A DNA stretch of 48,167 nucleotides, taken from IMG/VR virus record IMGVR_UViG_2721755721_000005; one strand, given 5' to 3'. The stretch comes from a virus (Duplodnaviria > Heunggongvirae > Uroviricota > Caudoviricetes). The notes beneath the pieces are model-generated. The model ran no database searches and was not told where the DNA came from. It was given only the letters and a program-made list of their open reading frames with translations. Position numbers and translations under genes: made by a program. Positions 36,455-48,167 of this stretch are shown here, in pieces (the first letter of the stretch is position 1; the number at the start of each line of letters is the position of its first letter).

Positions 36455-36999
36455 AAACGGGGGCTGAAGCCATCCGGGCACTGGCCACACAGCTCCCGGT
36501 GTTTCGTCAGAAACTGAATGAGGGCTGGTATCAGGTGCGCATTGCCGGGCGTGATGCAGGCGAAAATGAATTATCTGCCCGTCTTAATGAGCCGCTGGCA
36601 AATGGTGCCGTGATCCACATCGTGCCGCGTCTGGCGGGAGCTAAAAGTGGCGGTGTGTTTCAGGTGGTGCTTGGGGCGGCGCTGATTGCGGTGGCATGGT
36701 GGAACCCTGTGGGCTGGCTGGGGGCCGCGGCTGTATCGGGCATGTATGCGGCAGGGGCCAGTATGATCCTGGGCGGAGTGGCGCAGATGCTGGCACCGAA
36801 AGCCAGGACGCCCACGGCAGCCAGTACAGATAACGGCAAACAGAACACCTATTTCTCCTCACTGGATAACATGGTTGCCCAGGGCAATGTTCTGCCGGTT
36901 CTGTACGGTGAAATGCGCGTGGGGTCACGCGTGGTTTCTCAGGAAATCAGCACGGCAGACGAAGGGGATGGTGGGCAGGTTGTGGTGATTGGTCGCTGA
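36352..36999 (+). CDS. I: Tail assembly protein I
   Basis: MAATHTLPLASPGMARICLYGDLQRFGRRIDLRV... and C-terminal DNGKQNTYFSSLDNMVAQGNVLPVLYGEMRVGSRVVSQEISTADEGDGGQVVVIGR match lambda gpI. Confidence 0.85.
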   Translation: MAATHTLPLASPGMARICLYGDLQRFGRRIDLRVKTGAEAIRALATQLPVFRQKLNEGWYQVRIAGRDAGENELSARLNEPLANGAVIHIVPRLAGAKSGGVFQVVLGAALIAVAWWNPVGWLGAAAVSGMYAAGASMILGGVAQMLAPKARTPTAASTDNGKQNTYFSSLDNMVAQGNVLPVLYGEMRVGSRVVSQEISTADEGDGGQVVVIGR

Positions 37000-37059
37000 T
37001 GCAAAATGTTTTATGTGAAACCGCCTCCGGGCGGTTTTATCGTTTATGGAGCATGACGA

Positions 37060-40000
37060 ATGGGTAAAGGCAGCAGTAAGGGGCATACCCCGCGCGAAGC
37101 GAAGGACAACCTGAAGTCCACGCAGCTGCTGAGTGTGATCGATGCCATCAGCGAAGGGCCGGTTGAAGGTCCGGTGGATGGATTAAAAAGCGTGCTGCTG
37201 AACAGTACGCCGGTGCTGGACAGTGAGGGGAATACCAATATATCCGGCGTCACGGTGGTGTTCCGGGCCGGTGAGCAGGAGCAGACACCGCCGGAGGGAT
37301 TTGAATCCTCCGGTTCCGAGACGGTGCTGGGTACGGAAGTGAAATACGACACGCCGATTACCCGGACCATCACGTCGGCAAACATCGACCGTCTGCGCTT
37401 TACCTTCGGTGTGCAGGCACTGGTGGAAACCACCTCAAAGGGGGACCGGAATCCGTCGGAAGTCCGCCTGCTGGTTCAGATACAGCGTAACGGTGGCTGG
37501 GTGACGGAAAAAGACATCACCATTAAAGGCAAAACCACCTCACAGTATCTGGCCTCGGTGGTGGTGGATAACCTGCCGCCGCGCCCGTTTAATATCCGGA
37601 TGCGCAGAATGACGCCGGACAGCACCACAGACCAGTTGCAGAACAAAACGCTCTGGTCGTCATACACCGAAATTATCGATGTGAAACAGGGCTACCCGAA
37701 CACGGCACTGGTCGGCGTACAGGTGGATTCGGAGCAGTTCGGCAGCCAGCAGGTGAGCCGTAATTATCATCTTCGCGGGCGCATTCTGCAGGTGCCGTCG
37801 AACTATAACCCGCAGACGCGACAATACAGCGGTATTTGGGACGGAACGTTAAAACCAGCATACAGCAACAACATGGCCTGGTGTCTGTGGGATATGCTGA
37901 CCCACCCGCGCTACGGCATGGGAAAACGTCTTGGTGCGGCGGATGTGGACAAATGGGCGCTGTATGTCATCGGCCAGTACTGCGACCAGTCAGTGCCGGA
38001 CGGCTTTGGCGGCACGGAGCCGCGCATCACCTGTAATGCGTACCTGACCACACAGCGCAAGGCGTGGGATGTGCTCAGTGATTTCTGCTCGGCGATGCGC
38101 TGTATGCCGGTATGGAACGGGCAGACGCTGACGTTCGTGCAGGACCGACCGTCGGATAAGGTGTGGGCCTATAACCGCAGTAATGTGGTGATGCCGGATG
38201 ATGGCGCGCCGTTCCGCTACAGTTTCAGCGCCCTGAAAGACCGCCATAATGCCGTTGAGGTGAACTGGATTGACCCGGATAACGGCTGGGAGACGGCGAC
38301 AGAGCTTGTTGAAGATACGCAGGCCATTGCCCGTTACGGTCGTAACGTCACGAAGATGGATGCCTTTGGCTGTACCAGCCGGGGGCAGGCGCACCGCGCC
38401 GGGCTGTGGCTGATTAAAACGGAACTGCTGGAAACGCAGACCGTGGACTTCAGCGTGGGTGCGGAAGGGCTTCGCCATGTACCGGGGGATGTCATTGAAA
38501 TCTGCGATGATGACTATGCGGGTATCAGCACCGGCGGGCGCGTGCTGGCGGTGAACAGCCAGACCCGGACGCTGACGCTCGACCGTGAAATCACGCTGCC
38601 ATCCTCCGGTACCACGCTGATAAGCCTGGTTGACGGTCAGGGTAATCCGGTCAGCGTGGAGGTCCAGTCCGTCACCGACGGCGTGAAGGTGAAAGTGAGC
38701 CGTGTTCCTGACGGCGTTGCAGAATACAGCGTGTGGGGGCTGAAGCTGCCGACGCTGCGCCAGCGCCTGTTCCGCTGCGTGAGTATCCGTGAGAACGACG
38801 ACGGCACGTATGCCATCACCGCCGTGCAGCATGTACCGGAAAAAGAAGCCATCGTGGATAACGGGGCGCACTTTGACGGCGACCAGAGCGGCACGGTGAA
38901 TGGTGTCACGCCGCCAGCGGTGCAGCATCTGACCGCAGAAGTCACCGCAGACAGCGGGGAATACCAGGTGCTGGCCCGCTGGGACACGCCGAAGGTGGTG
39001 AAGGGCGTGAGCTTCCTGCTTCGCCTGACCGTGGCAGCGGATGACGGCCGTGAGCGGCTGGTCAGCACGGCCCGGACGACGGAAACCACTTACCGCTTCA
39101 CACAACTGGCTCTGGGGAACTACAGGCTGACAGTCCGGGCAGTAAATGCGTGGGGGCAGCAGGGCGATCCGGCGTCGGTATCGTTCCGGATTGCCGCACC
39201 GGCAGCGCCGTCGCGGATTGAGCTGACGCCGGGCTATTTTCAGATAACCGCCACGCCGCATCTTGCGGTTTATGACCCGACGGTACAGTTTGAGTTCTGG
39301 TTCTCGGAAAAACGGATTGCGGATATCAGGCAGGTTGAAACCAGCGCGCGTTATCTTGGTACGGCACTGTACTGGATAGCCGCCAGTATCAATATCAAAC
39401 CGGGCCATGATTATTATTTTTACGTTCGCAGTGTGAACACCGTTGGCAAATCGGCATTCGTGGAGGCTGTCGGTCAGCCGGGTGATGATGCATCAGGCTA
39501 TCTGGATTTTTTCAAAGGCGAGATAGGGAAAACCCATCTGGCTCAGGAGCTGTGGACGCAGATTGATAACGGTCAGCTTGCGCCTGACCTGACTGAAATC
39601 AGGACGTCCATAACGGATGTCAGCAATGAAATAACACAGACCGTCAATAAGAAACTGGAAGACCAGAGTGCAGCGATCCAGCAGATACAGAAGGTTCAGG
39701 TTGATACAAATAATAACCTGAACAGCATGTGGGCAGTGAAGCTGCAGCAGATGCAGGACGGACGCCTTTATATTGCGGGTATCGGTGCCGGTATTGAGAA
39801 CACCCCTGACGGCATGCAGAGTCAGGTGCTGCTGGCGGCGGACAGGATTGCGATGATTAATCCTGCAAATGGCAACACAAAACCGATGTTTGTTGGTCAG
39901 GGTGATCAGATATTCATGAATGACGTGTTCCTGAAACGCCTGACGGCTCCCACCATTACCAGCGGTGGAAATCCGCCGGCATTTTCCCTGACACCGGACG

Positions 40001-40557
40001 GAAAGCTGACCGCTAAAAATGCGGATATCAGTGGCAGTGTGAATGCGAACGCCGGGACGCTCAACAATGTCACGGTAAATGAAAACTGTACGATTAAGGG
40101 CATGCTGGAGGCGACTCAGGTCAGAGGTGACTTCGTTAAAGCTGTATCCAAATCATTCCCGAAACAGGCTGGTACGTGGGGTAATACGGAAACACCAAAC
40201 GGGACGGTTACAGTCACCATCAGCGATGATCATAACTTTGACCGTCAAATCATTATTCCGCCCATTATCTTTAACGGAATAGCGTATAGCGATCCGGGAA
40301 GTGGTAATAACCCGGGAGGTACAAGATACACGGGTTATGGTTTTGAAGTTCGCAAAAACGGCGTATTAATCGCATCCAGAGAAACTAAAGGGGCCATTCC
40401 CGGTAGTTACAGTGCAGTTATTGATATGCCGAGTGGCAGGGGAAGCGTCACTCTGGAGTTTAAGATTTTCCAGAAAGGCAATCAGGGGGCAGGCAATATC
40501 ACCGACTGTACGGTGATTGTGACCAAAAAAGCCGCTTCCGGCATCAGTATTCGTTGA
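37060..40557 (+). CDS. J: Central tail fibre / host-specificity protein J
   Basis: 1165 aa; lambda gpJ-like size and position. Confidence 0.9.
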   Translation: MGKGSSKGHTPREAKDNLKSTQLLSVIDAISEGPVEGPVDGLKSVLLNSTPVLDSEGNTNISGVTVVFRAGEQEQTPPEGFESSGSETVLGTEVKYDTPITRTITSANIDRLRFTFGVQALVETTSKGDRNPSEVRLLVQIQRNGGWVTEKDITIKGKTTSQYLASVVVDNLPPRPFNIRMRRMTPDSTTDQLQNKTLWSSYTEIIDVKQGYPNTALVGVQVDSEQFGSQQVSRNYHLRGRILQVPSNYNPQTRQYSGIWDGTLKPAYSNNMAWCLWDMLTHPRYGMGKRLGAADVDKWALYVIGQYCDQSVPDGFGGTEPRITCNAYLTTQRKAWDVLSDFCSAMRCMPVWNGQTLTFVQDRPSDKVWAYNRSNVVMPDDGAPFRYSFSALKDRHNAVEVNWIDPDNGWETATELVEDTQAIARYGRNVTKMDAFGCTSRGQAHRAGLWLIKTELLETQTVDFSVGAEGLRHVPGDVIEICDDDYAGISTGGRVLAVNSQTRTLTLDREITLPSSGTTLISLVDGQGNPVSVEVQSVTDGVKVKVSRVPDGVAEYSVWGLKLPTLRQRLFRCVSIRENDDGTYAITAVQHVPEKEAIVDNGAHFDGDQSGTVNGVTPPAVQHLTAEVTADSGEYQVLARWDTPKVVKGVSFLLRLTVAADDGRERLVSTARTTETTYRFTQLALGNYRLTVRAVNAWGQQGDPASVSFRIAAPAAPSRIELTPGYFQITATPHLAVYDPTVQFEFWFSEKRIADIRQVETSARYLGTALYWIAASINIKPGHDYYFYVRSVNTVGKSAFVEAVGQPGDDASGYLDFFKGEIGKTHLAQELWTQIDNGQLAPDLTEIRTSITDVSNEITQTVNKKLEDQSAAIQQIQKVQVDTNNNLNSMWAVKLQQMQDGRLYIAGIGAGIENTPDGMQSQVLLAADRIAMINPANGNTKPMFVGQGDQIFMNDVFLKRLTAPTITSGGNPPAFSLTPDGKLTAKNADISGSVNANAGTLNNVTVNENCTIKGMLEATQVRGDFVKAVSKSFPKQAGTWGNTETPNGTVTVTISDDHNFDRQIIIPPIIFNGIAYSDPGSGNNPGGTRYTGYGFEVRKNGVLIASRETKGAIPGSYSAVIDMPSGRGSVTLEFKIFQKGNQGAGNITDCTVIVTKKAASGISIR

Positions 40558-40576
40558 AATATTTATAACCCAATAA

Positions 40577-40606
40577 AGGGCGTCAGGAATGACGCCTTTT
40601 TTATTG
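40577..40606 (+). terminator. Intrinsic terminator after J
   Basis: GGCGTCA-ggaa-TGACGCC followed by TTTTTTATT. Confidence 0.6.
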
Positions 40607-40626
40607 CAGAAAAGCGAGAGGTAATT

Positions 40627-41226
40627 ATGCGTAAAGTTTGTGCAGCAATTTTGTCCGCAGCCATTTGTCTGGCCGTATCCGGTGCGCCTGCATGGGCGTC
40701 TGAACATCAGTCCACGCTGAGCGCGGGGTATCTTCATGCCCGGACGAACGCTCCCGGTAGCGATAATCTTAACGGGATTAACGTGAAATACCGTTATGAA
40801 TTCACGGACACGCTGGGGCTGGTGACGTCATTCAGCTATGCAGGAGACAGGAATCGCCAGATTACCCGTTACAGCGATACCCGCTGGCATGAAGATTCCG
40901 TGCGTAACCGCTGGTTCAGCGTAATGGCGGGGCCGTCTGTGCGCGTGAATGAATGGTTCAGCGCGTATGCGATGGCGGGTGTGGCTTACAGCCGTGTGTC
41001 GACTTTCTCCGGGGATTATCTCCGCGTAACTGACAACAAGGGGAAAAAGCACGATGTGCTGACCGGAAGTGATGACGGTCGCCACAGCAACACGTCTCTG
41101 GCGTGGGGGGCTGGCGTGCAGTTTAACCCGACCGAATCCGTGGCCATTGATATTGCTTATGAAGGCTCCGGCAGTGGTGACTGGCGCACTGACGGTTTCA
41201 TCGTGGGTGTCGGTTATAAATTCTGA
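40627..41226 (+). CDS. lom: Outer-membrane protein Lom (Ail/Lom family)
   Basis: Signal peptide [24 protein letters not shown]; beta-barrel-like alternating pattern; C-terminal GYKF; between J and stf as in lambda. Confidence 0.85.
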   Translation: MRKVCAAILSAAICLAVSGAPAWASEHQSTLSAGYLHARTNAPGSDNLNGINVKYRYEFTDTLGLVTSFSYAGDRNRQITRYSDTRWHEDSVRNRWFSVMAGPSVRVNEWFSAYAMAGVAYSRVSTFSGDYLRVTDNKGKKHDVLTGSDDGRHSNTSLAWGAGVQFNPTESVAIDIAYEGSGSGDWRTDGFIVGVGYKF

Positions 41227-41252
41227 TTAGCCAGGTAACACAGTGTTATGAC

Positions 41253-41280
41253 AGCCCGCCGGTTCAGGCGGGCTTTTTTG
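41253..41280 (+). terminator. Intrinsic terminator after lom
   Basis: AGCCCGCC-ggttca-GGCGGGCT followed by TTTTTT. Confidence 0.6.
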
Positions 41281-41290
41281 TGGGGTGAAT

Positions 41291-44200
41291 ATGGCAGTAA
41301 AGATTTCAGGTGTACTGAAAGACGGCACAGGAAAACCGGTACAGAACTGCACAATCCAGCTGAAAGCAAAACGTAACAGCACCACGGTGGTGGTGAACAC
41401 GCTGGCCTCAGAAAATCCGGATGAAGCCGGGCGTTACAGCATGGACGTTGAGTACGGGCAGTACAGCGTTATTCTGTTGGTGGAGGGATTCCCGCCGTCA
41501 CATGCCGGGACCATCACCGTGTATGAAGATTCCCGACCCGGTACGCTGAATGATTTTCTCGGTGCCATGACGGAGGATGATGCCCGTCCTGAGGCACTGC
41601 GCCGTTTTGAACTGATGGTGGAAGAGGTGGCGCGTAACGCGTCCGCGGTGGCACAGAACACGGCAGCCGCGAAGAAGTCAGCCAGCGATGCCAGCACATC
41701 AGCCCGTGAGGCGGCAACCCATGCGACTGATGCTGCAGGCTCAGCACGTGCAGCCAGCACGTCAGCCGGACAGGCCGCTTCGTCGGCTCAGTCAGCGTCT
41801 TCCAGCGCAGGAACGGCATCAACAAAGGCCACTGAAGCATCGAAAAGTGCTGCTGCTGCAGAGTCCTCAAAAAGCGCGGCAGCTACCAGTGCCGCTGCGG
41901 CGAAAACGTCAGAAACGAATGCGGCAGCGTCACAACAATCAGCAGCCACTTCTGCATCCGCCGCGACCACGAAGGCGTCAGAAGCTGCCACCTCAGCCCG
42001 GGATGCGGCGGCCTCAAAAGAGGCAGCGAAATCATCAGAAACGAACGCATCCTCGAGCGCCAGTAGCGCAGCTTCCTCGGCAACAGCGGCAGGAAATTCC
42101 GCGAAGGCGGCAAAAACGTCAGAGACGAACGCCAGGTCTTCTGAAACGGCAGCGGGACAGAGCGCCTCGGCTGCGGCAGGCTCAAAAACAGCGGCTGCGT
42201 CGTCTGCCAGTGCCGCGTCAACAAGTGCCGGGCAGGCCTCAGCCAGTGCCACCGCCGCCGGAAAATCGGCAGAAAGCGCTGCATCGTCCGCTTCAACAGC
42301 TACAACGAAGGCTGGCGAAGCCACTGAACAGGCCAGCGCAGCAGCGAGGTCTGCATCCGCAGCGAAGACATCCGAAACGAACGCGAAAGCGTCGGAAACC
42401 AGCGCAGAATCCTCAAAAATGGCAGCTGCATCGTCCGCCAGTTCGGCGGCGTCATCGGCATCATCTGCGTCTGCTTCAAAAGATGAGGCGAGCAGACAGG
42501 CATCAGCAGCGAAAGGCAGCGCCACGACAGCATCCACGAAGGCGACAGAGGCAGCTGGCAGTGCGACGGCGGCATCTCAGAGCAAAACTACTGCTGAATC
42601 CGCTGCGACCCGTGCGGAAGCTGCTGCTGATCGTGCTGAAGAGATTGCCGGTGCAGTTGCGATGGAAGACGCAAGCCTTACAACTAAAGGTGTTGTGAAA
42701 CTTAGCAGTGCTGTTGATAGCACCAGTGAATCGCTGGCCGCAACGCCAAAAGCAGTTAAAGCAGCCAATGACAATGCGAATAGCAGGGTGCCATCTAACC
42801 GAAAAGTTAACGGAAAAGCACTGACTGCGGATATAACATTAACGCCGAAAGATATTGGTACTTTAAATTCAGTAACGATGTCTTTCTCTGGCGGGGCTGG
42901 GTGGTTCAAACTGGCTACGGTTACCATGCCACAAGCGAGTTCCATCGTTTACATCGCATTGATTGGTGGCGCTGGTTACAACGTCGGTTCCCCACATCAG
43001 GCAGGCATTTCAGAACTGGTTCTACGAGCAGGCAATGGAAACCCCAAAGGAATTACCGGGGCTTTGTGGAAGCGTACAGCCGTCGGATTAACGAATTTCG
43101 CCTGGATCAACACATCCGGCGATACATATGATATTTACGTTGAGATTGGCAATTATGCGACGAGTGTAAATATCCATTGGGATTGTACTGCAAATGCGTC
43201 AGTTTCTGTTTATACCTCGCCAACATATTCAGCGAGTAAGCCTTCCAGCGTTACCTATGGTGTTGTTTATACGATGTATAGCTCACATCAGAAACCTACA
43301 CCATCAGATATTGGAGCACTGCCAACAACCGGAGGAACAGTTTCAGGTCCGTTGTCTGTTACAGGTGGATTAACTGGTTCATTGAATGGTAATGCAAGTA
43401 CAGCCACGAAATTGCAGACGGCAAGATCTATCGGTGGAGTTGTTTTCGACGGTTCTGCAAATATTAACCTTCCAGGTGTAAACACTACGGGTAATCAGAA
43501 CACCACTGGTAATGCTGCAACTGCTACAAAACTCCAGACTGCAAGAAAAATATCCGGTGTTCCATTTGATGGTTCCAAAGATATTACTTTAACCGCCGCG
43601 CATGTGGCTGCTTTTGCCAGAAGGGCAACGGATACATATGCCGATGCGGATGGTGGCGTTCCCTGGAATGCCGAATCAGGCGCTTACAATGTCACCCGCT
43701 CTGGCGACAGCTATATTCTGGTTAACTTCTATACCGGAGTCGGAAGTTGCCGGACCCTGCAGATGAAGGCGCATTACAGAAATGGTGGTCTGTTCTACCG
43801 TTCTTCAAGAGACGGTTATGGTTTTGAGGAAGGCTGGGCAGAAGTTTATACCTCGAAAAATCTTCCACCAGAAAGCTACCCAGTCGGCGCACCAATCCCG
43901 TGGCCATCAGATACCGTTCCGTCTGGTTATGCCCTGATGCAGGGGCAGACTTTTGACAAATCTGCTTACCCGAAACTTGCAGCCGCTTATCCGTCAGGCG
44001 TGATCCCTGATATGCGTGGCTGGACGATTAAGGGCAAACCTGCCAGTGGTCGGGCCGTATTGTCTCAGGAACAGGACGGCATTAAATCGCACACCCACAG
44101 CGCCAGCGCATCCAGTACGGATTTGGGGACGAAAACCACATCGTCGTTTGATTACGGAACCAAATCCACGAATAACACCGGGGCGCATACCCATAGTATT

Positions 44201-44569
44201 AGCGGGACCGCAAATAGTGCCGGTGCGCACCAACACAAGAGTTCCGGTGCATTTGGTGGCACGAACACGAGCATTTTCCCTAATGGTTATACCGCGATTT
44301 CAAATCTAAGCGCGGGGATTATGAGCACAACAAGCGGTAGTGGCCAGACTCGTAATGCAGGGAAGACATCATCAGATGGTGCTCATACCCACTCGCTGTC
44401 CGGCACTGCTGCAAGCGCAGGCGCACATGCACATACTGTCGGTATTGGTGCTCATACGCACTCCGTTGCGATTGGCTCACATGGACACACCATCACCGTT
44501 AACGCTGCTGGTAACGCGGAAAACACCGTCAAAAACATCGCATTTAACTATATTGTGAGGCTTGCATAA
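41291..44569 (+). CDS. stf: Side tail fibre protein Stf
   Basis: [26 protein letters not shown]..., a long Ala/Ser/Thr-rich repeat region, and C-terminal GAHTHS-type repeats ending [11 protein letters not shown]; lambda Stf-like. Confidence 0.85.
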   Translation: MAVKISGVLKDGTGKPVQNCTIQLKAKRNSTTVVVNTLASENPDEAGRYSMDVEYGQYSVILLVEGFPPSHAGTITVYEDSRPGTLNDFLGAMTEDDARPEALRRFELMVEEVARNASAVAQNTAAAKKSASDASTSAREAATHATDAAGSARAASTSAGQAASSAQSASSSAGTASTKATEASKSAAAAESSKSAAATSAAAAKTSETNAAASQQSAATSASAATTKASEAATSARDAAASKEAAKSSETNASSSASSAASSATAAGNSAKAAKTSETNARSSETAAGQSASAAAGSKTAAASSASAASTSAGQASASATAAGKSAESAASSASTATTKAGEATEQASAAARSASAAKTSETNAKASETSAESSKMAAASSASSAASSASSASASKDEASRQASAAKGSATTASTKATEAAGSATAASQSKTTAESAATRAEAAADRAEEIAGAVAMEDASLTTKGVVKLSSAVDSTSESLAATPKAVKAANDNANSRVPSNRKVNGKALTADITLTPKDIGTLNSVTMSFSGGAGWFKLATVTMPQASSIVYIALIGGAGYNVGSPHQAGISELVLRAGNGNPKGITGALWKRTAVGLTNFAWINTSGDTYDIYVEIGNYATSVNIHWDCTANASVSVYTSPTYSASKPSSVTYGVVYTMYSSHQKPTPSDIGALPTTGGTVSGPLSVTGGLTGSLNGNASTATKLQTARSIGGVVFDGSANINLPGVNTTGNQNTTGNAATATKLQTARKISGVPFDGSKDITLTAAHVAAFARRATDTYADADGGVPWNAESGAYNVTRSGDSYILVNFYTGVGSCRTLQMKAHYRNGGLFYRSSRDGYGFEEGWAEVYTSKNLPPESYPVGAPIPWPSDTVPSGYALMQGQTFDKSAYPKLAAAYPSGVIPDMRGWTIKGKPASGRAVLSQEQDGIKSHTHSASASSTDLGTKTTSSFDYGTKSTNNTGAHTHSISGTANSAGAHQHKSSGAFGGTNTSIFPNGYTAISNLSAGIMSTTSGSGQTRNAGKTSSDGAHTHSLSGTAASAGAHAHTVGIGAHTHSVAIGSHGHTITVNAAGNAENTVKNIAFNYIVRLA

Positions 44570-45150
44570 TGGCATTCAGAATGAGTGAACAAGCACGGAC
44601 CATAAAAATTTATAATCTGCTGGCCGGAACTAATGAATTTATTGGTGAAGGTGACGCATATATTCCGCCTCATACAGGTCTGCCAGCAAACAGTACCGAT
44701 ATTGCACCACCAGATATTCCGGCAGGCTTCGTGGCTGTTTTCAACAGTGATGAGGCATCGTGGCATCTCGTTGAAGACCATCGGGGTAAAACGGTTTATG
44801 ACGTGGCTTCCGGCGACGCGTTATTTATTTCTGAACTCGGTCCGTTACCGGAAAATGTTACCTGGTTGTCGCCGGGAGGGGAATATCAGAAGTGGAACGG
44901 CACAGCCTGGGTGAAGGATACGGAAGCAGAAAAACTGTTCCGGATCCGGGAGGCAGAAGAAACAAAAAACAGCCTGATGCAGGTAGCCAGTGAGCATATT
45001 GCGCCACTTCAGGATGCTGTAGATCTGGAAATCGCAACGGAGGAAGAAATCTCGTTGCTGGAAGCCTGGAAGAAGTATCGGGTGTTGCTGAACCGTGTTA
45101 ATACAACAACTGCACCGGATATTGAATGGCCAGTAGCACCTATAGGGTAA
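44569..45150 (+). CDS. tfa: Tail fibre assembly protein Tfa
   Basis: [43 protein letters not shown]... lambda Tfa-like; ATG overlaps the stf stop. Confidence 0.9.
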   Translation: MAFRMSEQARTIKIYNLLAGTNEFIGEGDAYIPPHTGLPANSTDIAPPDIPAGFVAVFNSDEASWHLVEDHRGKTVYDVASGDALFISELGPLPENVTWLSPGGEYQKWNGTAWVKDTEAEKLFRIREAEETKNSLMQVASEHIAPLQDAVDLEIATEEEISLLEAWKKYRVLLNRVNTTTAPDIEWPVAPIG

Positions 45151-45738
45151 ATTCGTAATGATTACCTAAATACGTTATTCTTTTGTTCAAAAAGTGATTT
45201 TGCTATAGGTAGGGAGTATGTTCTTGGATTAAGAATAAAAATCGCCATGAAAGAGCTTCATGGCGAGTACATAAACGTACAAAATATGATGAAAGTAGAG
45301 TGGCGTAAGCCACTATATTAAGATATGACAATAGCGAAGAAAAGTAAATAAAATTTTATGGGCGTTTAATTGTTAATTATAAAAACTAGAGTGCCCGATA
45401 TTGTTTATCTTGCTTTAAAATAATGTACTCAAACCAAATTTTTGAGCTAAAAGCTCAAATAATATAAATGCAATGATAATGTTTAATAAGACAATTAGCT
45501 TGCTTTGTATTTTCATTTCGGAATACTGTTAAGTAACTTTGATGACACTAACAATAGATCGGAATTTTCTTAGAGTCAATGGTCACTGTTTTTGCTTGCA
45601 AAGCAAATGTTTTTGGTGGTTATAAGTTTTCTTAATATAGTCACCTATGCAACTTGTTCCGTGTGGAGATCAAAGGTTAAAATTTAATGCGAAGATGGAA
45701 TTATAATATATTTTTTTATAATTAATTTAACCTTAACA

Positions 45739-45838
45739 TCGTTGCTGTCGGCATGGAAGAAATATCGGGTCTTGCTGATGTCGTGTTGGCACTTCCTTAG
45801 TGCGGTTATCGAATGGCCAGCTGTACCTGTGGGGTAAA
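45739..45838 (+). repeat. Degenerate duplicate of the tfa 3' end (remnant 1)
   Basis: TCGTTGCTG...GGAAGAAATATCGGGTCTTGCTGA...ATCGAATGGCCAGCTGTACCTGTGGGGTAA aligns with tfa 45050-45150 (..KKYRVLL...IEWP.VP.G*). Confidence 0.6.
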
Positions 45839-46502
45839 AACTTTATATGGGTGCTATTTTTATAATAGCTGGTAAAAACTGGCCGAACTGAAATTCACTG
45901 TTGATAAAAAAGATGTGTTTGAGTGTATGTCATTGTTTTCTTAATGGAATCCACTAGAATGCAGCGAATTTAAGAAGGTGGGTTTTTATTGGAATATAAA
46001 CTACAATAATGCTCAACTCGTTCGTAGAATTGTTTTTTCTTATTTTTGGGAATGCTAACCATTATATGCATTATGGGGGCGATACTTCCTGATAATTTAC
46101 ATGATGCATACATTGAAGCAATAAATTCAATATCATTGTCATCAAAGTTAAAGCTTTCTCCGTCCATTTCAATTCCTTATGTGTTTGGCACAACTGATGC
46201 TGTATCCCATGAGAATTTATGCAAGTTGTTATGTTTGATTTGATATTGCAATGATAATTGTAGCTAATTGTTTTCAATTGAGTGAAAGTTTATTTCGAGT
46301 GATTAAGTCGAAAAAAAAGATTTCTCACGGTTAGTAAGCGTATTAGGTTAGTATTCAGATATGAATGGTATTAATGACTAAATTTTCAATCATATATGGA
46401 TTTTTATGCTGATGAAGATGTTTTATTTGGCGATTCGTCAAGCATCTTCACTTAAGTAATCGTATATTTTAAGAGTGTAAAAGAGAAAGGGACAACGTTG
46501 CT

Positions 46503-46595
46503 CGCACTCTGGATTAAATATAGGGTGTTGTTAAACTGCGTTGATACATAATTGTACCGGATATTGAGTGGTCTGAAGTCCCAGTCATTAAGTAA
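46503..46595 (+). repeat. Degenerate duplicate of the tfa 3' end (remnant 2)
   Basis: CTGGATTAAATATAGGGTGTTGTTAAACTGCGTTGATACA...ACCGGATATTGAGTGG aligns with the same tfa 3' segment. Confidence 0.5.
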
Positions 46596-46883
46596 TCGTT
46601 TCGTGATATGCCGCAGAAACGTTGTATGCAATAACGTTCTGCGGTTGGCTGATGCACTTTCGAGAGTGTATTGAATAATTTCAAGCCGTTATTGTTTTTA
46701 CGCGTAACACCATGAAAAGACTGCTTATCTGTTGGGGTGTTTTTTGGGGCATATATGGGACAGAAATAGGCCACAGGTAGATAGTAAGATCGAACTCAGG
46801 ATGCTTTTGAAAAAATGTAACTATCTGAAAAAACCTAGAAAGCGCCAAGGAAACCACAGAATGAGAAAAAACATCTGTGAATT

Positions 46884-48167
46884 ATGGATTTCCAGTTATA
46901 TTCGCTCGGCGCAGCGTTAGTGTTTCATGAAATATTTTTTCCTGAATCATCAACGGCAATGGCGTTAATTTTGGCAATGGGAACCTACGGTGCAGGTTAT
47001 GTGGCGCGTATTGTCGGAGCATTTATTTTCGGCAAAATGGGCGACAGAATAGGGCGTAAAAAAGTGCTCTTTATTACCATCACCATGATGGGGATCTGTA
47101 CCACCTTAATTGGTGTGTTACCGACCTATGCACAGATTGGTGTTTTTGCCCCCATCTTGCTGGTGACGCTGCGTATTATTCAGGGGTTGGGTGCAGGTGC
47201 GGAAATTTCCGGTGCCGGTACGATGCTGGCGGAATATGCACCAAAAGGTAAGCGCGGAATTATCTCCTCATTTGTAGCTATGGGAACTAACTGCGGAACC
47301 TTGAGCGCAACGGCAATCTGGGCCTTTATGTTCTTCATTCTCAGTAAAGAGGAACTGCTGGCGTGGGGATGGCGTATACCGTTCCTGGCGAGCGTTGTCG
47401 TGATGGTCTTTGCTATCTGGTTACGTATGAATCTGAAAGAAAGCCCGGTCTTTGAGAAGGTTAATGACAGCAACCAACCCACAGCAAAACCTGCACCTGC
47501 TGGTAGCATGTTCCAGAGCAAATCCTTCTGGCTGGCAACAGGGCTGCGTTTTGGTCAGGCGGGTAACTCCGGGTTAATTCAGACTTTCCTTGCAGGCTAT
47601 TTAGTGCAGACGTTATTGTTTAACAAAGCAATTCCAACAGATGCATTGATGATTAGTTCGATTCTCGGCTTTATGACCATTCCGTTCCTTGGTTGGTTAT
47701 CCGATAAAATTGGTCGCCGGATCCCGTATATTATTATGAATACCTCCGCGATTGTGCTGGCATGGCCAATGCTTTCTATCATTGTAGATAAAAGCTATGC
47801 CCCGAGCACCATTATGGTTGCACTGATTGTGATTCATAACTGTGCGGTGCTGGGATTATTTGCTCTGGAAAACATTACCATGGCAGAAATGTTCGGCTGT
47901 AAAAACCGCTTTACCCGGATGGCCATTTCTAAAGAAATTGGTGGTCTTATCGCTTCCGGTTTTGGTCCTATCCTGGCGGGTATTTTCTGCACCATGACGG
48001 AATCCTGGTATCCGATCGCCATTATGATCATGGCATATTCAGTGATTGGTTTAATCTCTGCGCTGAAAATGCCAGAAGTGAAAGACCGTGATTTAAGTGC
48101 GCTGGAAGACGCTGCGGAAGATCAACCGCGTGTTGTAAGAGCTGTGCAACCTTCCAGAAGTCTGTAA
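46884..48167 (+). CDS. ydfJ: MFS transporter, metabolite:H+ symporter family (ShiA/ProP-like), apparently 5'-truncated host gene (ydfJ-like)
   Basis: 427-aa ORF starting at the position of the conserved WYDF motif (MDFQLYSLGAALVF...); the ~25 residues that normally precede it are missing and an in-frame stop lies 2 codons upstream. Symbol assigned from recalled K-12 synteny (ydfJ beside the Qin tail-fibre end); this is a recollection, not a search. Confidence 0.8.
   Translation: MDFQLYSLGAALVFHEIFFPESSTAMALILAMGTYGAGYVARIVGAFIFGKMGDRIGRKKVLFITITMMGICTTLIGVLPTYAQIGVFAPILLVTLRIIQGLGAGAEISGAGTMLAEYAPKGKRGIISSFVAMGTNCGTLSATAIWAFMFFILSKEELLAWGWRIPFLASVVVMVFAIWLRMNLKESPVFEKVNDSNQPTAKPAPAGSMFQSKSFWLATGLRFGQAGNSGLIQTFLAGYLVQTLLFNKAIPTDALMISSILGFMTIPFLGWLSDKIGRRIPYIIMNTSAIVLAWPMLSIIVDKSYAPSTIMVALIVIHNCAVLGLFALENITMAEMFGCKNRFTRMAISKEIGGLIASGFGPILAGIFCTMTESWYPIAIMIMAYSVIGLISALKMPEVKDRDLSALEDAAEDQPRVVRAVQPSRSL

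Noticed and set aside
37990-39408. 472-aa minus-strand ORF inside gene J
   Set aside because: Entirely antisense to the well-supported J reading frame, Arg/Pro/His-rich and without start signals; an artefact of GC-rich coding sequence.
41434-42945. Multiple long ORFs on both strands inside stf (e.g. 41688-42698 plus strand 336 aa Arg/Pro/Gln-rich; 41788-42537 minus strand 249 aa Ala/Asp-rich)
   Set aside because: They lie in the Ala/Ser/Thr-rich repeat region of the side tail fibre gene and have extreme low-complexity composition; they are frame shadows of the repeats, not genes.
46732-46920. 62-aa ORF overlapping the start of the MFS transporter, considered as its frameshifted N-terminus
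   Set aside because: Its sequence (MGCFLGHIWDRNRP...MRKNICELWISSYIRSAQR) does not resemble the conserved N-terminal helix of MHS transporters; the transporter is more likely truncated by the prophage junction.

Overview
This window is almost entirely one lambdoid prophage of about 47 kb, read from the integrase end (left, integrase 3' end and attL lie outside the window) to the tail-fibre end (right), where it abuts a 5'-truncated MFS transporter gene (ydfJ-like, the Qin-type insertion locus of E. coli). All calls rest on reading the translated ORFs and DNA motifs by eye; no database search or computation was run. Module order: int-xis, an 823-aa exonuclease and small early genes (Rac-like layout), an immunity region with a divergent XRE repressor and Cro-like gene flanked by repeated operator-like sequences, an O-like replication initiator with internal iterons, an AT-rich accessory island, hok toxin, DUF968/HNH, RusA, antiterminator Q with late promoter and terminator, a phage-21-type lysis cassette (pinholin, YdfR-like, SAR endolysin, Rz with embedded Rz1), a moron at the lambda bor position, Nu1/A terminase, W, portal, a protease-major capsid fusion, lambda-like tail genes Z-U-V-G/T-H-M-L-K-I-J, lom, stf and tfa. 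The most interesting part is the accessory island at 8.3-11.9 kb: a two-gene minus-strand operon (a 156-aa soluble protein plus a 235-aa protein with three predicted transmembrane helices) and a divergent 449-aa protein carrying an Rx4H HEPN-type motif. I could not match these to any named system, and they are the best candidates for an undescribed anti-phage or abortive-infection module. An IS66-family element with intact 8-bp target-site duplications disrupts tail chaperone gene G, so the prophage is probably tail-assembly defective.
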